NCBI GenBank assembly: GCA_965219995.1
Contig: CBDCOX010000002.1
Location: 1,888,001 to 1,952,000, forward strand
Length of the DNA: 64,000 nucleotides
Direction: 5' to 3'
Origin: Candidatus Latescibacterota bacterium
Lineage (GTDB): Bacteria > Latescibacterota > UBA2968 > GCA-2709665
In this document: piece after piece, positions 38,405 to 48,556 of the stretch
Numbering within the stretch: the stretch's first letter is position 1
Layout of the letters: every line of letters starts with the position of its first letter
The notes under the pieces: model-generated
What the model was told of the DNA's origin: nothing
Databases searched by the model: none
The model's input: the letters and a program-made list of their open reading frames with translations, nothing else
Translations under genes and position numbers: made by a program

Positions 38405-39571
38405 CTACGGCGTAATCACCAGGATCCGATCGTCGCCGGTGCGCGGCTGTCCGCGGCCGTCCCGGTTGCTGGTGGCCAGGTACACCTCGCCCTCGGGACC
38501 CACAAGTACATCCCTGAGGCGGCCGAACCTGCCGTTGAACCGTTCATCCCTCGCCATTGCGCGCCGGCCGTCGGCAGACAGAGAGATGATCCAGAGCGCC
38601 TGCCCCTTCAACGTGGTAAAGAGAAGGCTCCCCTTCCAGGCCGGTATCAGGTCCTCATAATAGACGTCCGCGCCGGCGGGTGCGATCGTCGGCGTCCATG
38701 CGGCGAGCGGTTCCACCACGTCGTTGGACGTGCAGAACGCGGTCTCGCCCGACAGGACGTCATTATCGCAAAATCCGCGAGCCCCCGGCCAGCCGTAGTT
38801 CCGTCCGGGCAGAATCAGGTTGACTTCGTCGTTGTCGAGGGGTCCGTGTTCCGTGCTGTAAAGCAGGCCGGTCGCAGGGTGAAACACAAGTCCCTGAGCA
38901 TTCCGGTGTCCGAAGGAATAGACCGCTGTACCGAACGGATTGTCCTGCGCAGGCCGACCTTCGAGGTCCAGCCGCAGGACCTTTCCCGCCAGTGAATTCA
39001 GATCCTGCGAAAGCGCGGGCAATTGCGCGTCGCCGGTCGTAAGGTATAGCAGATTGTCCGGGCCCACGGCGAGCCGGGATCCATCGTGGTTCGGCGCGCC
39101 GGGGATGCCATTCAGCAGGATTTCGGGTTGCCCCAGTGCCGATCCGTCAAAACTCATCCGCACCAGACGGTTCTCAATGCCGTCGCCCGTCCGGTAGGAA
39201 TAAACCGCATATAAATAGGGCTGGTTCTGAAAGTCCGGGTGAAACGCGATCCCCATCAACCCGCTTTCGCTCAGTTCGAAGGCGTCGATTCGACCCGCCT
39301 CCGTTACTGCGCCCGTCTCCGTATCCACGCGGGATATCGTGCCGCTGCGCTCGCTTACCCAGATATACCCATCAGGTCCCCAGGCCAGATCCCACGGCGT
39401 ATCCAGGCCGGTTGCCAGCGTCTGCACCGTAAAGCCGTCCACCCGGTTGTCGGCTGCCGACCCGACCCCGTTATCGGTCGGGGGATCCTCCGGTTGGGAG
39501 TCGTTCGCACCTCTTCCACAACCGGCAGCCGCAAATATCACGAGCAATGCCGCCGTGACGCGGTGTACCAC
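38405..39571 (-). CDS. PQQ-dependent sugar (glucose/sorbosone) dehydrogenase, lipoprotein
   Basis: AAG-C lipobox; PWDLAW, HDGSRL, GKVLR, GHRNAQG, EHGP, NYGWP and GRLRDV motifs. Confidence 0.92.
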   Translation of the reverse strand: MVHRVTAALLVIFAAAGCGRGANDSQPEDPPTDNGVGSAADNRVDGFTVQTLATGLDTPWDLAWGPDGYIWVSERSGTISRVDTETGAVTEAGRIDAFELSESGLMGIAFHPDFQNQPYLYAVYSYRTGDGIENRLVRMSFDGSALGQPEILLNGIPGAPNHDGSRLAVGPDNLLYLTTGDAQLPALSQDLNSLAGKVLRLDLEGRPAQDNPFGTAVYSFGHRNAQGLVFHPATGLLYSTEHGPLDNDEVNLILPGRNYGWPGARGFCDNDVLSGETAFCTSNDVVEPLAAWTPTIAPAGADVYYEDLIPAWKGSLLFTTLKGQALWIISLSADGRRAMARDERFNGRFGRLRDVLVGPEGEVYLATSNRDGRGQPRTGDDRILVITP

Positions 39572-39650
39572 CGTTGCCGGCCTCCGTTCGTGAACAGCGC
39601 AAAACGACTCATGGCCGGATGCTTGTTGATTCCGCCACTCATTTACCGGC

Positions 39651-42600
39651 CTAGAACAACCCGGTGAAATCTATCGAGAAATACTGCTTGGGATGGACTG
39701 TTTCCGCGAAATCAGTCGGCCACGCCAGGTCGTAGCGGAACAAAAAGGCGCCGAGATTGGCTCGAACACCGAATCCGTAGCCCGCTTTCAGATCCCTGAG
39801 TTCAAAACCACCGTCCCGCGCTTCCCATGGCTCGAAGCTGTCTCGATCGAACGCACTCCCTACATCCAGGAACAATTCGCCCTGGACATTCTGGAAGAAA
39901 AGCGGCAACGGCCAGCCCATTGCCAACTGCCGGATCAGCGGAAAGCGAAAGGCGACATTGGCCAGCACGAACGAGTCTCCGGCCATCTCGAATACGTCGG
40001 CGCCGCGCAGCGGCCAGACGAAGCTGGAGAAAAACACACGTTCCCGGTCAACGGACGCGAATGTGGCGTAGTTCGGATTGATGGAATTGTTCACGCCACC
40101 GAGGAAAAAGACCTGACTGTTCCGGCCGAAACTGGTCCCTCCGGACATGCGGACCGCAAATGTGTATTCCTCCAGCATCGGGACGTATTTGCGGTAGTCG
40201 GCCTGCACCGTGCCGTACTGCATCCCCGCCCAACTGCCTCTGAGAGACAACCTCGCCCGCCGTCCCTTAACCGGGCCGAACTGAGAATACAACGCGTTGT
40301 CTTCGACGATGTCCAGGCTGTTAATTACGGCCCAGTTGTCGGAAACAGGCGTTCCGCTCCCGCGGATGACCCTGCCCGTATAGCCGGCCCGAAGGTATTG
40401 ACTTTGATAAGCGCCGAGGTTCTCGCGTGAAATATTGATCCCCTGCATACTCGTCTCAATTCGCGTAAACCGGTTGAACGGACGCTGGAATACAGCCCCG
40501 CCGCCGTAGATCCTGTCGGCTACGATCTGACCGTTCGAAATGAAGAAGTTCCGAGTATGCAGCGCATTCAGGTAGTAATTGGTCTGGTGCTTGAGGTTCT
40601 GGTATCCGAGGAAGAGATCGCTGTCTTTGAGGGAGAAGCTCAGCCCTGTTCTGATCAGGATACGGTGGTCGCCCATCACGTCGGTCAGTGACAGGTGGAG
40701 CAGGCTGCTGACACCGTAGAAGGTGTCGAAGCCCGCGTTGGCTCCCAATGACTCGGGTTTGAGTTTCACGCGGTATTTGTTGATCGTGAACGCCTTGTTC
40801 CAGTCTCGCAGCGTCAGTTCCCTGTCGCCGTCGGTCTCCAGGCTGTCGCCGTCGGCAGCCGCTCCGTCGTCGTCTCCGCGCGCTTCGGCGGCCGCCAGCG
40901 CCATCTGGTCCGACATCCACGTCTCCACCTTCCTGTCCGCCGCCGCTGTCGCCACCGCCGTGTCTGCCGCTGCGGCCGCCACCGAACTGTCGGGTTCCGC
41001 GCCGCCGTGTGCGGCTTCCTGCCTGCGTTCCTTCTGCAACTCCACGAACGGGCGGTCTTCGATGCCCGCCAGCCGCTTCGCATACCGCGTCAGCGGCAGG
41101 TCCTCCATCCCGCGCTTCTTCTGCAGCGGGTCCTTCATCACGAAGATGTCATAGCCCCCGCGGTGAAACGTCGTGAACGCCAGCTTCTTGCCGTCCGCGC
41201 TCCAGTCGATGTACCGCGCTCCCGACAGCAGATTGCTGATCGGATACATCTGCGACCCGTCCACGTGCGCAATGTAGATGTTGCCCACCCCCGTCCTGTC
41301 CGACACGAACGCCAGCGTCTGGGAGTCCGGTCCCCACGTGGGATGACTGTCGTTCACCTCGCTCTCCACCACCTGCCGGATCTCGCTGCCGTCGGCACGC
41401 AGCACGAACACGTTATACGTGCCGAACACAAAGTCCTTCGACCCGTCGTATTCCAGATCCGCGCCGGGACGGTCCGAACTGATCGCGATCCACTCCCCGT
41501 CCGGCGACCAGTCCAGGTGCTTCTCGTCATACGGGTCCCGCGTCATCCGACGCAGACCCTCGTCCTCCACGTTTACGATATACACGTCCGACCACCCGTC
41601 CTTCAACCCCACGATCGCGATCTGCTTCCCGTCCGGCGACCACGTCGGCTCGAACAACCCGTCCAGATCGAACTCGAATCGCTTCGTCACCCGCTTCTTC
41701 CGCACGTCCAGCGTATACAACGTGTTCTTGTTGCGCGACTTCGCCGCAAACGCGATCTGCTTCCCGTCCGGCGACCACGTGATCCCGGGACGCAGCACGA
41801 ACAACCCCTCGAAATCCGACGATCGCTCCCCCTCCACCAACCGGCCCAGATCCTGGCCGTCGATCGCCGACATCAGATAGATGTCGAACGTACCCTCACG
41901 CTCCGTCACATACGCGATCTTGTCCCCCTGCGGCGAAAACGACGGCGCGATATTGTAAAAACCGCGACCCGCGCCCGCCTCCGTCAACTGCTTCGCCACC
42001 TCCTCCGACGGATGGTGCAGGTTGATCTCGTTCCAATACTGACGCTTCAACCACAACTGCCACTTCTCGTCCAGCTCCTCCACACCCTCACCCACCGACG
42101 CCTTCAGCGCCTTGTCCACCGATCGCGCGGAACGGAACGACGATATGAACTCCGCCACCTTGTCCTTGCCATACTCCTCCTCGATCATCACGAAGACCGA
42201 CTGACCCCCCTTATACGCAAACGCACCGCTCAGCGACATCATCCCCGGCACATACCCCGTGATCGTCGCATGACGCATGAAATTGTCCGCCTCGCCGTCC
42301 CATCCACCCTGTGACAAATACTCCGCCACTCCCTCCGCAATCCACAACGGCGGCAACGACGCCGTCTGCGTCATCATCGCACCCAGCCATCCGCCGCCCG
42401 TCCACATCTCCAGCGTCACCACGTGCACCAGCTCATGGTGGATCACGTGACGGAAATCGCTATACGACCCCGTATACGGGATCACCACACGACCCTGCGC
42501 AAACTCCGTAAAACCCCCCGTGAACTCCGACTGCTCCGTCGGCGTGATGTTCGTCACCGAAAACCCGTTGTGAGAATTGTAGATCACGATCGGATATCGA

Positions 42601-42845
42601 TCCTTCAACGTATACTTCAGATCCTTCTCCAGACGCACCAGCGCACGCTCCGCCTCCTTCGCCGCAAACTCCGCCGCAGGCTGAGACGCCTTGTCGAAAT
42701 AGATCTTGAAATGCTCCGTCTCCAGATAGTGCCAGTCGTAATCGTCATACGTCACCTTGTTCTTGCCGAAATACTCCTGGCCCACAGCACTGCCGCACAC
42801 GAAGAGACTGATTAGAATTCCTGACGCCAGACAACGCCGGATCAT
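39651..42845 (-). CDS. peptidase MA-like + PD40 (TolB-like) propeller + Omp85/BamA-type barrel protein
   Basis: FGKNKV, HELVH zinc motif, WIAEGVAEY, multiple WSPDG repeats, DYRKY, FFLGG, GFGVR and terminal F; AGGAGG RBS before ATG 42845. Confidence 0.88.
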   Translation of the reverse strand: MIRRCLASGILISLFVCGSAVGQEYFGKNKVTYDDYDWHYLETEHFKIYFDKASQPAAEFAAKEAERALVRLEKDLKYTLKDRYPIVIYNSHNGFSVTNITPTEQSEFTGGFTEFAQGRVVIPYTGSYSDFRHVIHHELVHVVTLEMWTGGGWLGAMMTQTASLPPLWIAEGVAEYLSQGGWDGEADNFMRHATITGYVPGMMSLSGAFAYKGGQSVFVMIEEEYGKDKVAEFISSFRSARSVDKALKASVGEGVEELDEKWQLWLKRQYWNEINLHHPSEEVAKQLTEAGAGRGFYNIAPSFSPQGDKIAYVTEREGTFDIYLMSAIDGQDLGRLVEGERSSDFEGLFVLRPGITWSPDGKQIAFAAKSRNKNTLYTLDVRKKRVTKRFEFDLDGLFEPTWSPDGKQIAIVGLKDGWSDVYIVNVEDEGLRRMTRDPYDEKHLDWSPDGEWIAISSDRPGADLEYDGSKDFVFGTYNVFVLRADGSEIRQVVESEVNDSHPTWGPDSQTLAFVSDRTGVGNIYIAHVDGSQMYPISNLLSGARYIDWSADGKKLAFTTFHRGGYDIFVMKDPLQKKRGMEDLPLTRYAKRLAGIEDRPFVELQKERRQEAAHGGAEPDSSVAAAAADTAVATAAADRKVETWMSDQMALAAAEARGDDDGAAADGDSLETDGDRELTLRDWNKAFTINKYRVKLKPESLGANAGFDTFYGVSSLLHLSLTDVMGDHRILIRTGLSFSLKDSDLFLGYQNLKHQTNYYLNALHTRNFFISNGQIVADRIYGGGAVFQRPFNRFTRIETSMQGINISRENLGAYQSQYLRAGYTGRVIRGSGTPVSDNWAVINSLDIVEDNALYSQFGPVKGRRARLSLRGSWAGMQYGTVQADYRKYVPMLEEYTFAVRMSGGTSFGRNSQVFFLGGVNNSINPNYATFASVDRERVFFSSFVWPLRGADVFEMAGDSFVLANVAFRFPLIRQLAMGWPLPLFFQNVQGELFLDVGSAFDRDSFEPWEARDGGFELRDLKAGYGFGVRANLGAFLFRYDLAWPTDFAETVHPKQYFSIDFTGLF
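41616..41780. repeat. exact 30-bp direct repeat (PD40 blades)
   Basis: CGCGATCTGCTTCCCGTCCGGCGACCACGT at 41616-41645 and 41751-41780, encoding TWSPDGKQIA twice. Confidence 0.85.
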
Positions 42846-43399
42846 GACTGACCTCCTTACCTGTGCCTGAGCTGCGGCGGCCTCTTCCTCGGGACGGCAA
42901 ACGATGCCGACGCCGGTACCGCGCCCGCTCGATCCGTATCCACCGGCGTATTTCATGATCGTCCGAAGGCGATGGGGTGGAGGTCGGCCGCCGGGATTTT
43001 ACCGCCCCCACCCCTGTTCCCGCAGGACAACTGCGGGAATCACTCACGTCTATAAATGGGATATCGTTACGTTTCAGAGAAAGCTGACGATCCTACCGTC
43101 ACACTACACCATTAGAACGACGGTCCCGCCAAATCGTTCCCCCATTTTTCCCGATGACATCCGCCGTGTCTTCCATATATTAGCCGGCAAGGGCGTCAGA
43201 TCCCGCACATCCGGATCTGTGCCCTGAACCGAAATACCCTGAAGTATAACCGATATACTTCCCGGCGGACGACACGCGCGAGAGAGCTACCGGACAACGG
43301 TGAATCGAATTGTCGAACTGTCCGGCGATGTTCGGCGCGCCTCGGCGTGCATTCGAACGCCGGCGCCACCGCCGGACACCTCCACGGGAACCACAATCG

Positions 43400-44587
43400 A
43401 TGGAAAAAATCAGAGTCGGCATCCTCGGCCTCAGGCGGGGCATAGCCCATCTGCGCAACTTTCTGGCCGTCGAGCATGCAGACGTCGTCGCCGCGTGCGA
43501 CCGCTTTCCCTATTACCGCGATCAGGCTCGCACCTTGTTGGAGAGACAGGACTCGTCGGCCGAACTCCTGCCGGAATACGAAGACCTCCTCGAACGCAAA
43601 CCCGACGCCGTGGTCATCGCGAGTAACGGCAGGCTACAGGTAGAACACGCCTGCACGGCACTCGAAGCCGGCTGCCACGTTCTCTCGGAAGTCCCGGGCG
43701 CAGACTCGGAAGAGGAACTGATACGCCTTCGCGAGGCCGTGGAACGGACCGGCCTGACCTACATGCTCGCCGAAAACGCCTGTTACGCCGGGTTTGTGCC
43801 ACTCTGGCGGAGGTGGATCCTCGAAGACCGCTTCGGACCCGTCTCCATTGCCGAAGCCGAATACCTCCACTACCTGCCGCAAACGCTCTTCACGCCGGAC
43901 GGAAAACGTCTCTCGCCTAGCCAGGCGCGGTCTGGCGGCGGCGTGAACGCGAGGCCCATTTGGCGGGCCGACCAGCCACCTATCCAGTACCTTACTCACG
44001 ACCTTGGCCCGCTGCTGGAAATTCTGGACGACCGCGCTGCTTCAGTGACCTGCCGAAGCGCCCCGTGGCGCAGCAGGGAAGCGCCCTTGAGATCGGACGG
44101 GCAGATCGCGCTATTCCATACTCAAAAAGGCACGCTGATCAAGATCATGGTTACCCTGAACACAATCCGGCCGTCCGAGCACCGCTACCGACTCTTCGGT
44201 ACTGAAGGGAGCGCGGAGATGTTCTCGTACGAAAACTGCACCCGCTATTTCGACAGCGCGTGCAGTGACAGAGACGGATGGCGCGTTCTGCCGGTCGGCA
44301 GATCCGCCGTCGACGACGCTGCAGGCGGCCACGGAGGAACCGATCTGAAAGTCGCCCGGCACTTCACGGAGACCCTTCTGAACGGCCGTCCCTCTCCCAT
44401 AGACGTCTACCGTGCCGCGGAATACGCGCTGCCGGGCATCTTCGCGGCCCGCTCGGCGGATCTCGGCGGCGCCCCGATTGCGATTCCCGACCTGAGGCGG
44501 GATCCGTATTCGGGGACGGACTTCTGGGACACCCTGCAGATACAGGAAACCGACCCCCCCTCCGCGGTCTACCGGCCGCCCTGCTAA
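43400..44587 (+). CDS. Gfo/Idh/MocA family oxidoreductase
   Basis: VGILGLRRG, SEVP, AEN, AEYLH and GGHGGTD motifs. Confidence 0.88.
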   Translation: MEKIRVGILGLRRGIAHLRNFLAVEHADVVAACDRFPYYRDQARTLLERQDSSAELLPEYEDLLERKPDAVVIASNGRLQVEHACTALEAGCHVLSEVPGADSEEELIRLREAVERTGLTYMLAENACYAGFVPLWRRWILEDRFGPVSIAEAEYLHYLPQTLFTPDGKRLSPSQARSGGGVNARPIWRADQPPIQYLTHDLGPLLEILDDRAASVTCRSAPWRSREAPLRSDGQIALFHTQKGTLIKIMVTLNTIRPSEHRYRLFGTEGSAEMFSYENCTRYFDSACSDRDGWRVLPVGRSAVDDAAGGHGGTDLKVARHFTETLLNGRPSPIDVYRAAEYALPGIFAARSADLGGAPIAIPDLRRDPYSGTDFWDTLQIQETDPPSAVYRPPC

Positions 44588-44647
44588 TCGATCCGCCTTC
44601 AATCCGGTCCGCCGCCATCCCGGCCGGCGTCACATTCCATTTCAATA

Positions 44648-46369
44648 ATGACGTACACATCCATTGAACTGCAACTTCTGAAAAACAGGCTGGAAGCCAT
44701 CGTGGACGACATGGCGCTCACGGTCGTTCGCACCGCCTATTCAACCAATCTCAGAAATTCGATGGACTTCTCCACCGGCTTCTGCGACGCCGGTGGCCGG
44801 CTGGTTGCGCAGGGTCTCTGCCTTCCCCTGCATCTGGGAAGCCTGCCGGACGGTCTCTCCGCCATCCTCGATCGGTATCGCGATGCCATTGACGACGGCG
44901 ATGTGTTTCTGCTCAATGATCCGTATGAAGGTGGCACGCACCTGCCCGACCTGTACATCTACAAACCCGTGTTCGTCGATGGCCGCCTGCTCGGATTCGC
45001 GACCGCCATCGCACATCATACCGACATCGGCGGCCGGGTTGCCGGCGGAAACGCTTGCGACTCCACGGAAATCTACCAGGAAGGGCTGCGCATCCCGCCG
45101 ATCAAGCTCTACGCCTCGGGATGTCCGGTCCAGGCGATTTTCGACCTGATCGAACGCAACGTCCGAGTCCCCCGCAACGCGCTTGGCGACCTCCGCGCCC
45201 AGCTGTCCGCCTGCCACATTGGCGAAAACGCATTTGTCGCCCTCGCCCGCGAACAGGGGTTCGACCGCCTTCAAAACGGATTCTCCGAGCTTCTGGATTA
45301 CTCCGAACGCCTTACGCGCTCGGAGATCACCGCCCTGCCGGACGGTCGCTACAGCTTTACAGACGTACTCGACGACGACGGTATCGACCCGGGCCCGATC
45401 CCGATCACCGTCACGGTCGAGGTTGCGGGCAGCGCGCTGTCTGTAGACTTCACCGGTACCGCACCACAGGTGACGGGGGCTATCAACTGCGTCGCTTCAT
45501 TCACCAGGTCGGCGGTGTACGCATGCCTGCGCTGTCTCATGCGCGCGGACATTCCCACCAATTCAGGGTTCTTCCGCGCCGTTGACGTGCGCATCCCGTC
45601 CGCCACGATCGCCAACCCCGTGCCGCCGGCGCCGGTGGCCGCCCGCGGCCTCACCGGCTTTCGACTCGCAAATACGATCATGGGTGCGCTCGCCCAGGCT
45701 GCGCCGCACATCGTGCCCGCGTGCGAGGTGGGCGGAGACACGGGTATCTCTATCGGGGGATACCGAGACGACCGAACCGCGTTCGTCTTTCTGGAGTTTC
45801 TGTTCTGCGGATGGGGCGGACGTCCGGACCGGGACGGTATTGACGGCTGCGCCAGTATTGTGGTCAACTTCTCCAACAATCCGGCCGAAGTCATCGAAGC
45901 CGAATATCCGCTCCAGATTCTCGAATACGGATTCCTGCCAGACACCGGCGGAGCGGGCAAATACCGCGGCGCCTGCTCGATCGTTCGCGAATACAGATTT
46001 ACGGAAAGACAAGCGACCCTGCAGATCCGCTCGGACCGCCACAAGTCCCGCGCCTACGGCCTGTCGGGAGGGCTGCCGGGATCCCCGTCCAGGAACGTCC
46101 TGAACCCCCAAACGGAAGCCCGTGAATTGCCCGCCAAGACGTTGCTTACCCTCAAGAGAGGCGACGTCCTGCGGCACGTACTCGCAGGGGCGGGCGGCTG
46201 GGGCAGTCCGCTGGAACGCGACCCAGAGCGTATACTGGACGACGTCCGAAACGGAAAAGTCTCAATCCGCTCCGCCGAACGAAACTACGGCGTTGCCATC
46301 AGCCCGGATACGCTGCAGATCGACGGCGCGGGCACGAGCCGGCTCCGATCCCGTTCCGGACGCACTTAG
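44648..46369 (+). CDS. hyuB: hydantoinase B / oxoprolinase subunit
   Basis: RTAYS, DFS, NDPYEGGTHLPD, HHTDIGG, EGLRIPP, GGAGKYRG and GAGGWG motifs. Confidence 0.92.
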   Translation: MTYTSIELQLLKNRLEAIVDDMALTVVRTAYSTNLRNSMDFSTGFCDAGGRLVAQGLCLPLHLGSLPDGLSAILDRYRDAIDDGDVFLLNDPYEGGTHLPDLYIYKPVFVDGRLLGFATAIAHHTDIGGRVAGGNACDSTEIYQEGLRIPPIKLYASGCPVQAIFDLIERNVRVPRNALGDLRAQLSACHIGENAFVALAREQGFDRLQNGFSELLDYSERLTRSEITALPDGRYSFTDVLDDDGIDPGPIPITVTVEVAGSALSVDFTGTAPQVTGAINCVASFTRSAVYACLRCLMRADIPTNSGFFRAVDVRIPSATIANPVPPAPVAARGLTGFRLANTIMGALAQAAPHIVPACEVGGDTGISIGGYRDDRTAFVFLEFLFCGWGGRPDRDGIDGCASIVVNFSNNPAEVIEAEYPLQILEYGFLPDTGGAGKYRGACSIVREYRFTERQATLQIRSDRHKSRAYGLSGGLPGSPSRNVLNPQTEARELPAKTLLTLKRGDVLRHVLAGAGGWGSPLERDPERILDDVRNGKVSIRSAERNYGVAISPDTLQIDGAGTSRLRSRSGRT

Positions 46370-46477
46370 TGCGTGCGCCGGACATTGCCCGGCGCATCCG
46401 GCGTTACAGAAAAGGAAACGCGGGGGCACACCCGGTACCGCCCGCGTTTCGAACAGGACATTCCATAGCAATATCAC

Positions 46478-48556
46478 TCAATCCACGTCGATTACAATAT
46501 TCCTCCAGTCGTCCACTCGGACGGCAACGTCCGGAGGGACCAGCGTGGTGGCGTCGTATTCCTCGACAATTACAGGGCCCGTTGCGGGTGAGTCCCGGAG
46601 GAGACGCCGAGGCAGGACCGGTGTCTCGATCCATCCTCCGGGTTCACCGAAATAGGCGCGCCTGCTGCCCGGTCTTCCGCCGCCGCCATCCGGCTCGTCG
46701 ATGTCTCTCCCGTGTGGCAACGGGGGTTCGGGCAGAAATGCACGGACCCTCAAGGTAACGACCTCGACAGCGTCGCCTTCGGCGCGGTGCCCGTACGTGC
46801 GCGCGTGTTCGGCTTCAAAAGCGTCCCTGAGATCGGCCAATGTGCCGCGGCTCCATCGCCCCAGAGGCGCCCTGATCGAGAGTTCCCAGGATTGCCCCGC
46901 ATACCTGAGATCCACGAAATTTTCTACGGCTGAACCCGGCAACCTCTCTCTGGCCTCGTCAGCCATCCTGCCAAATGCAGACTGCAGTTCGGCCGGTTCT
47001 GTTTCCATCAGGTGCTTCAGGCAGGTTCGCGCGAGATCGTACTGCAATCCTGCCGCGACCAGACCGATCGCGCTGAAAAGGCCCGGGGCCGGCGGAATCA
47101 GTACCTTTTTGATGCCAAGCGCTCTGGCCATCCCGACGGCGTGCAGGGGGCCGCTCCCGCCGAAGGCCAGTAACGAATATCCTCGGGGGTCGCGGCCGCG
47201 CTCGGACGAAACCGCCCGCACAGCCCTCACCATCCGGGCAACCGCGATCCGGTGCGCTCCAAGGGCGGCTTCATCCTCCCCCATGTCCATCCTTGACGCG
47301 ACCCATTCCCGCATGGCGCTTCGGGCCGACGTGACGTCCAGCGACAGGCTGCCGCCGGCGGGTCCCTCCGGATTCAGATATCCCAGCAGCAGGTTGGCGT
47401 CGGTGAGCGCAGGCCGATTCCCTCCACGCCGATAGCTGGCGGGTCCGGGGTCCGCTCCGGCGCTCTCCGGTCCCACCTGAAGCGCTCCACCGCCGTCTAC
47501 ATGCAGGATACTGCCGCCGCCTGCTCCGATTTCGGCCAGATCGATGCAGGGCACCCGGATGGGGTACCCGCCTCCGCCCATCAATCGTCCCGCAACAGAC
47601 AGCCCGCCGCCGACCTCGTAATCCGATATGCGGGAGATGCGACCGGCTTCGATCAGCGACGCCTTGGCCGTCGTCCCGCCCATATCGAACGCAATCAGAT
47701 CGGGGCATCCGATGCGCCGGCCCAGCGCCGCGGCGGCGACCACACCGGCGGCCGGTCCGGATTCGAGAATCTGAACCGGGCGCTCGACAGCGGTAGCGGT
47801 CCCGGTGATCCCTCCGCTCGACTGCATGATCCTCAGCGGCGCGTCGACGTCCATATCCAGAATCCGCGCGTGAAGATCGCCCAGGTAGCTCTGCACCACC
47901 GGCATTACGTATGCGTTTATTACCGTGGTGCTCGTCCGCTCGTATTCCTTGATCTCTGGCAGGACTTCGGATGACAGCGTGACCGTCCACCGCCCGGCCG
48001 CGCGCAGCAGCTCGCCAATCCTGATTTCGTGGCCGGGATTCACGTACGCATTGAGCAGACACACCGCAACCGACACCACACGCTCTCTATCCAGGTGTTC
48101 GATCGCAAGGTGAACACTCTCCTCGTCCAGTGTTTCCAATACGTCGCCTTCGGCGTCAATCCGTTCATTGACCTCCAGACGGAGATACCGGGGCACAAGT
48201 GGTTTCGGCTTCTCCCATGAAAGATCGTACAGCCGGGGCACCCGCAGCCGCCCGATCTCCAGCACGTCGCGAAAACCCCGTGTTGTGATCAGTCCTGTGC
48301 GCGCCCCGGTGCCACCCAGAACGGCATTGGTCGCCACGGTGGTACCGTGGATGACTTCCGTCACCTCCGACCCCGCTCCCCCGACAACCTGACGTACACC
48401 ATCTACGATGGCGGTCCCGTAATCTCCGGGCGTGGAGGGCAGCTTGCAGACTGCCACGCGGCCGTCCCCGTCCACGGACACAACATCCGTAAAGGTGCCG
48501 CCGATATCGATGCCAATACGCACAGTCGTACCGATCCGGTTAGCGGGTGTCCTCAA
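46478..48556 (-). CDS. hyuA: hydantoinase A / oxoprolinase ATP-binding subunit
   Basis: DIGGTFTD, HGTTVATN, ESGPAAG, DMGGTT, GAGGGS, SAGADPGP and RYAGQ motifs. Confidence 0.93.
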   Translation of the reverse strand: MRTPANRIGTTVRIGIDIGGTFTDVVSVDGDGRVAVCKLPSTPGDYGTAIVDGVRQVVGGAGSEVTEVIHGTTVATNAVLGGTGARTGLITTRGFRDVLEIGRLRVPRLYDLSWEKPKPLVPRYLRLEVNERIDAEGDVLETLDEESVHLAIEHLDRERVVSVAVCLLNAYVNPGHEIRIGELLRAAGRWTVTLSSEVLPEIKEYERTSTTVINAYVMPVVQSYLGDLHARILDMDVDAPLRIMQSSGGITGTATAVERPVQILESGPAAGVVAAAALGRRIGCPDLIAFDMGGTTAKASLIEAGRISRISDYEVGGGLSVAGRLMGGGGYPIRVPCIDLAEIGAGGGSILHVDGGGALQVGPESAGADPGPASYRRGGNRPALTDANLLLGYLNPEGPAGGSLSLDVTSARSAMREWVASRMDMGEDEAALGAHRIAVARMVRAVRAVSSERGRDPRGYSLLAFGGSGPLHAVGMARALGIKKVLIPPAPGLFSAIGLVAAGLQYDLARTCLKHLMETEPAELQSAFGRMADEARERLPGSAVENFVDLRYAGQSWELSIRAPLGRWSRGTLADLRDAFEAEHARTYGHRAEGDAVEVVTLRVRAFLPEPPLPHGRDIDEPDGGGGRPGSRRAYFGEPGGWIETPVLPRRLLRDSPATGPVIVEEYDATTLVPPDVAVRVDDWRNIVIDVD

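Noticed and set aside
41007-42314. 435-aa plus-strand ORF
   Set aside because: Antisense shadow of the PD40 region caused by biased codon usage; His/Leu/Arg/Pro-rich with no motifs.
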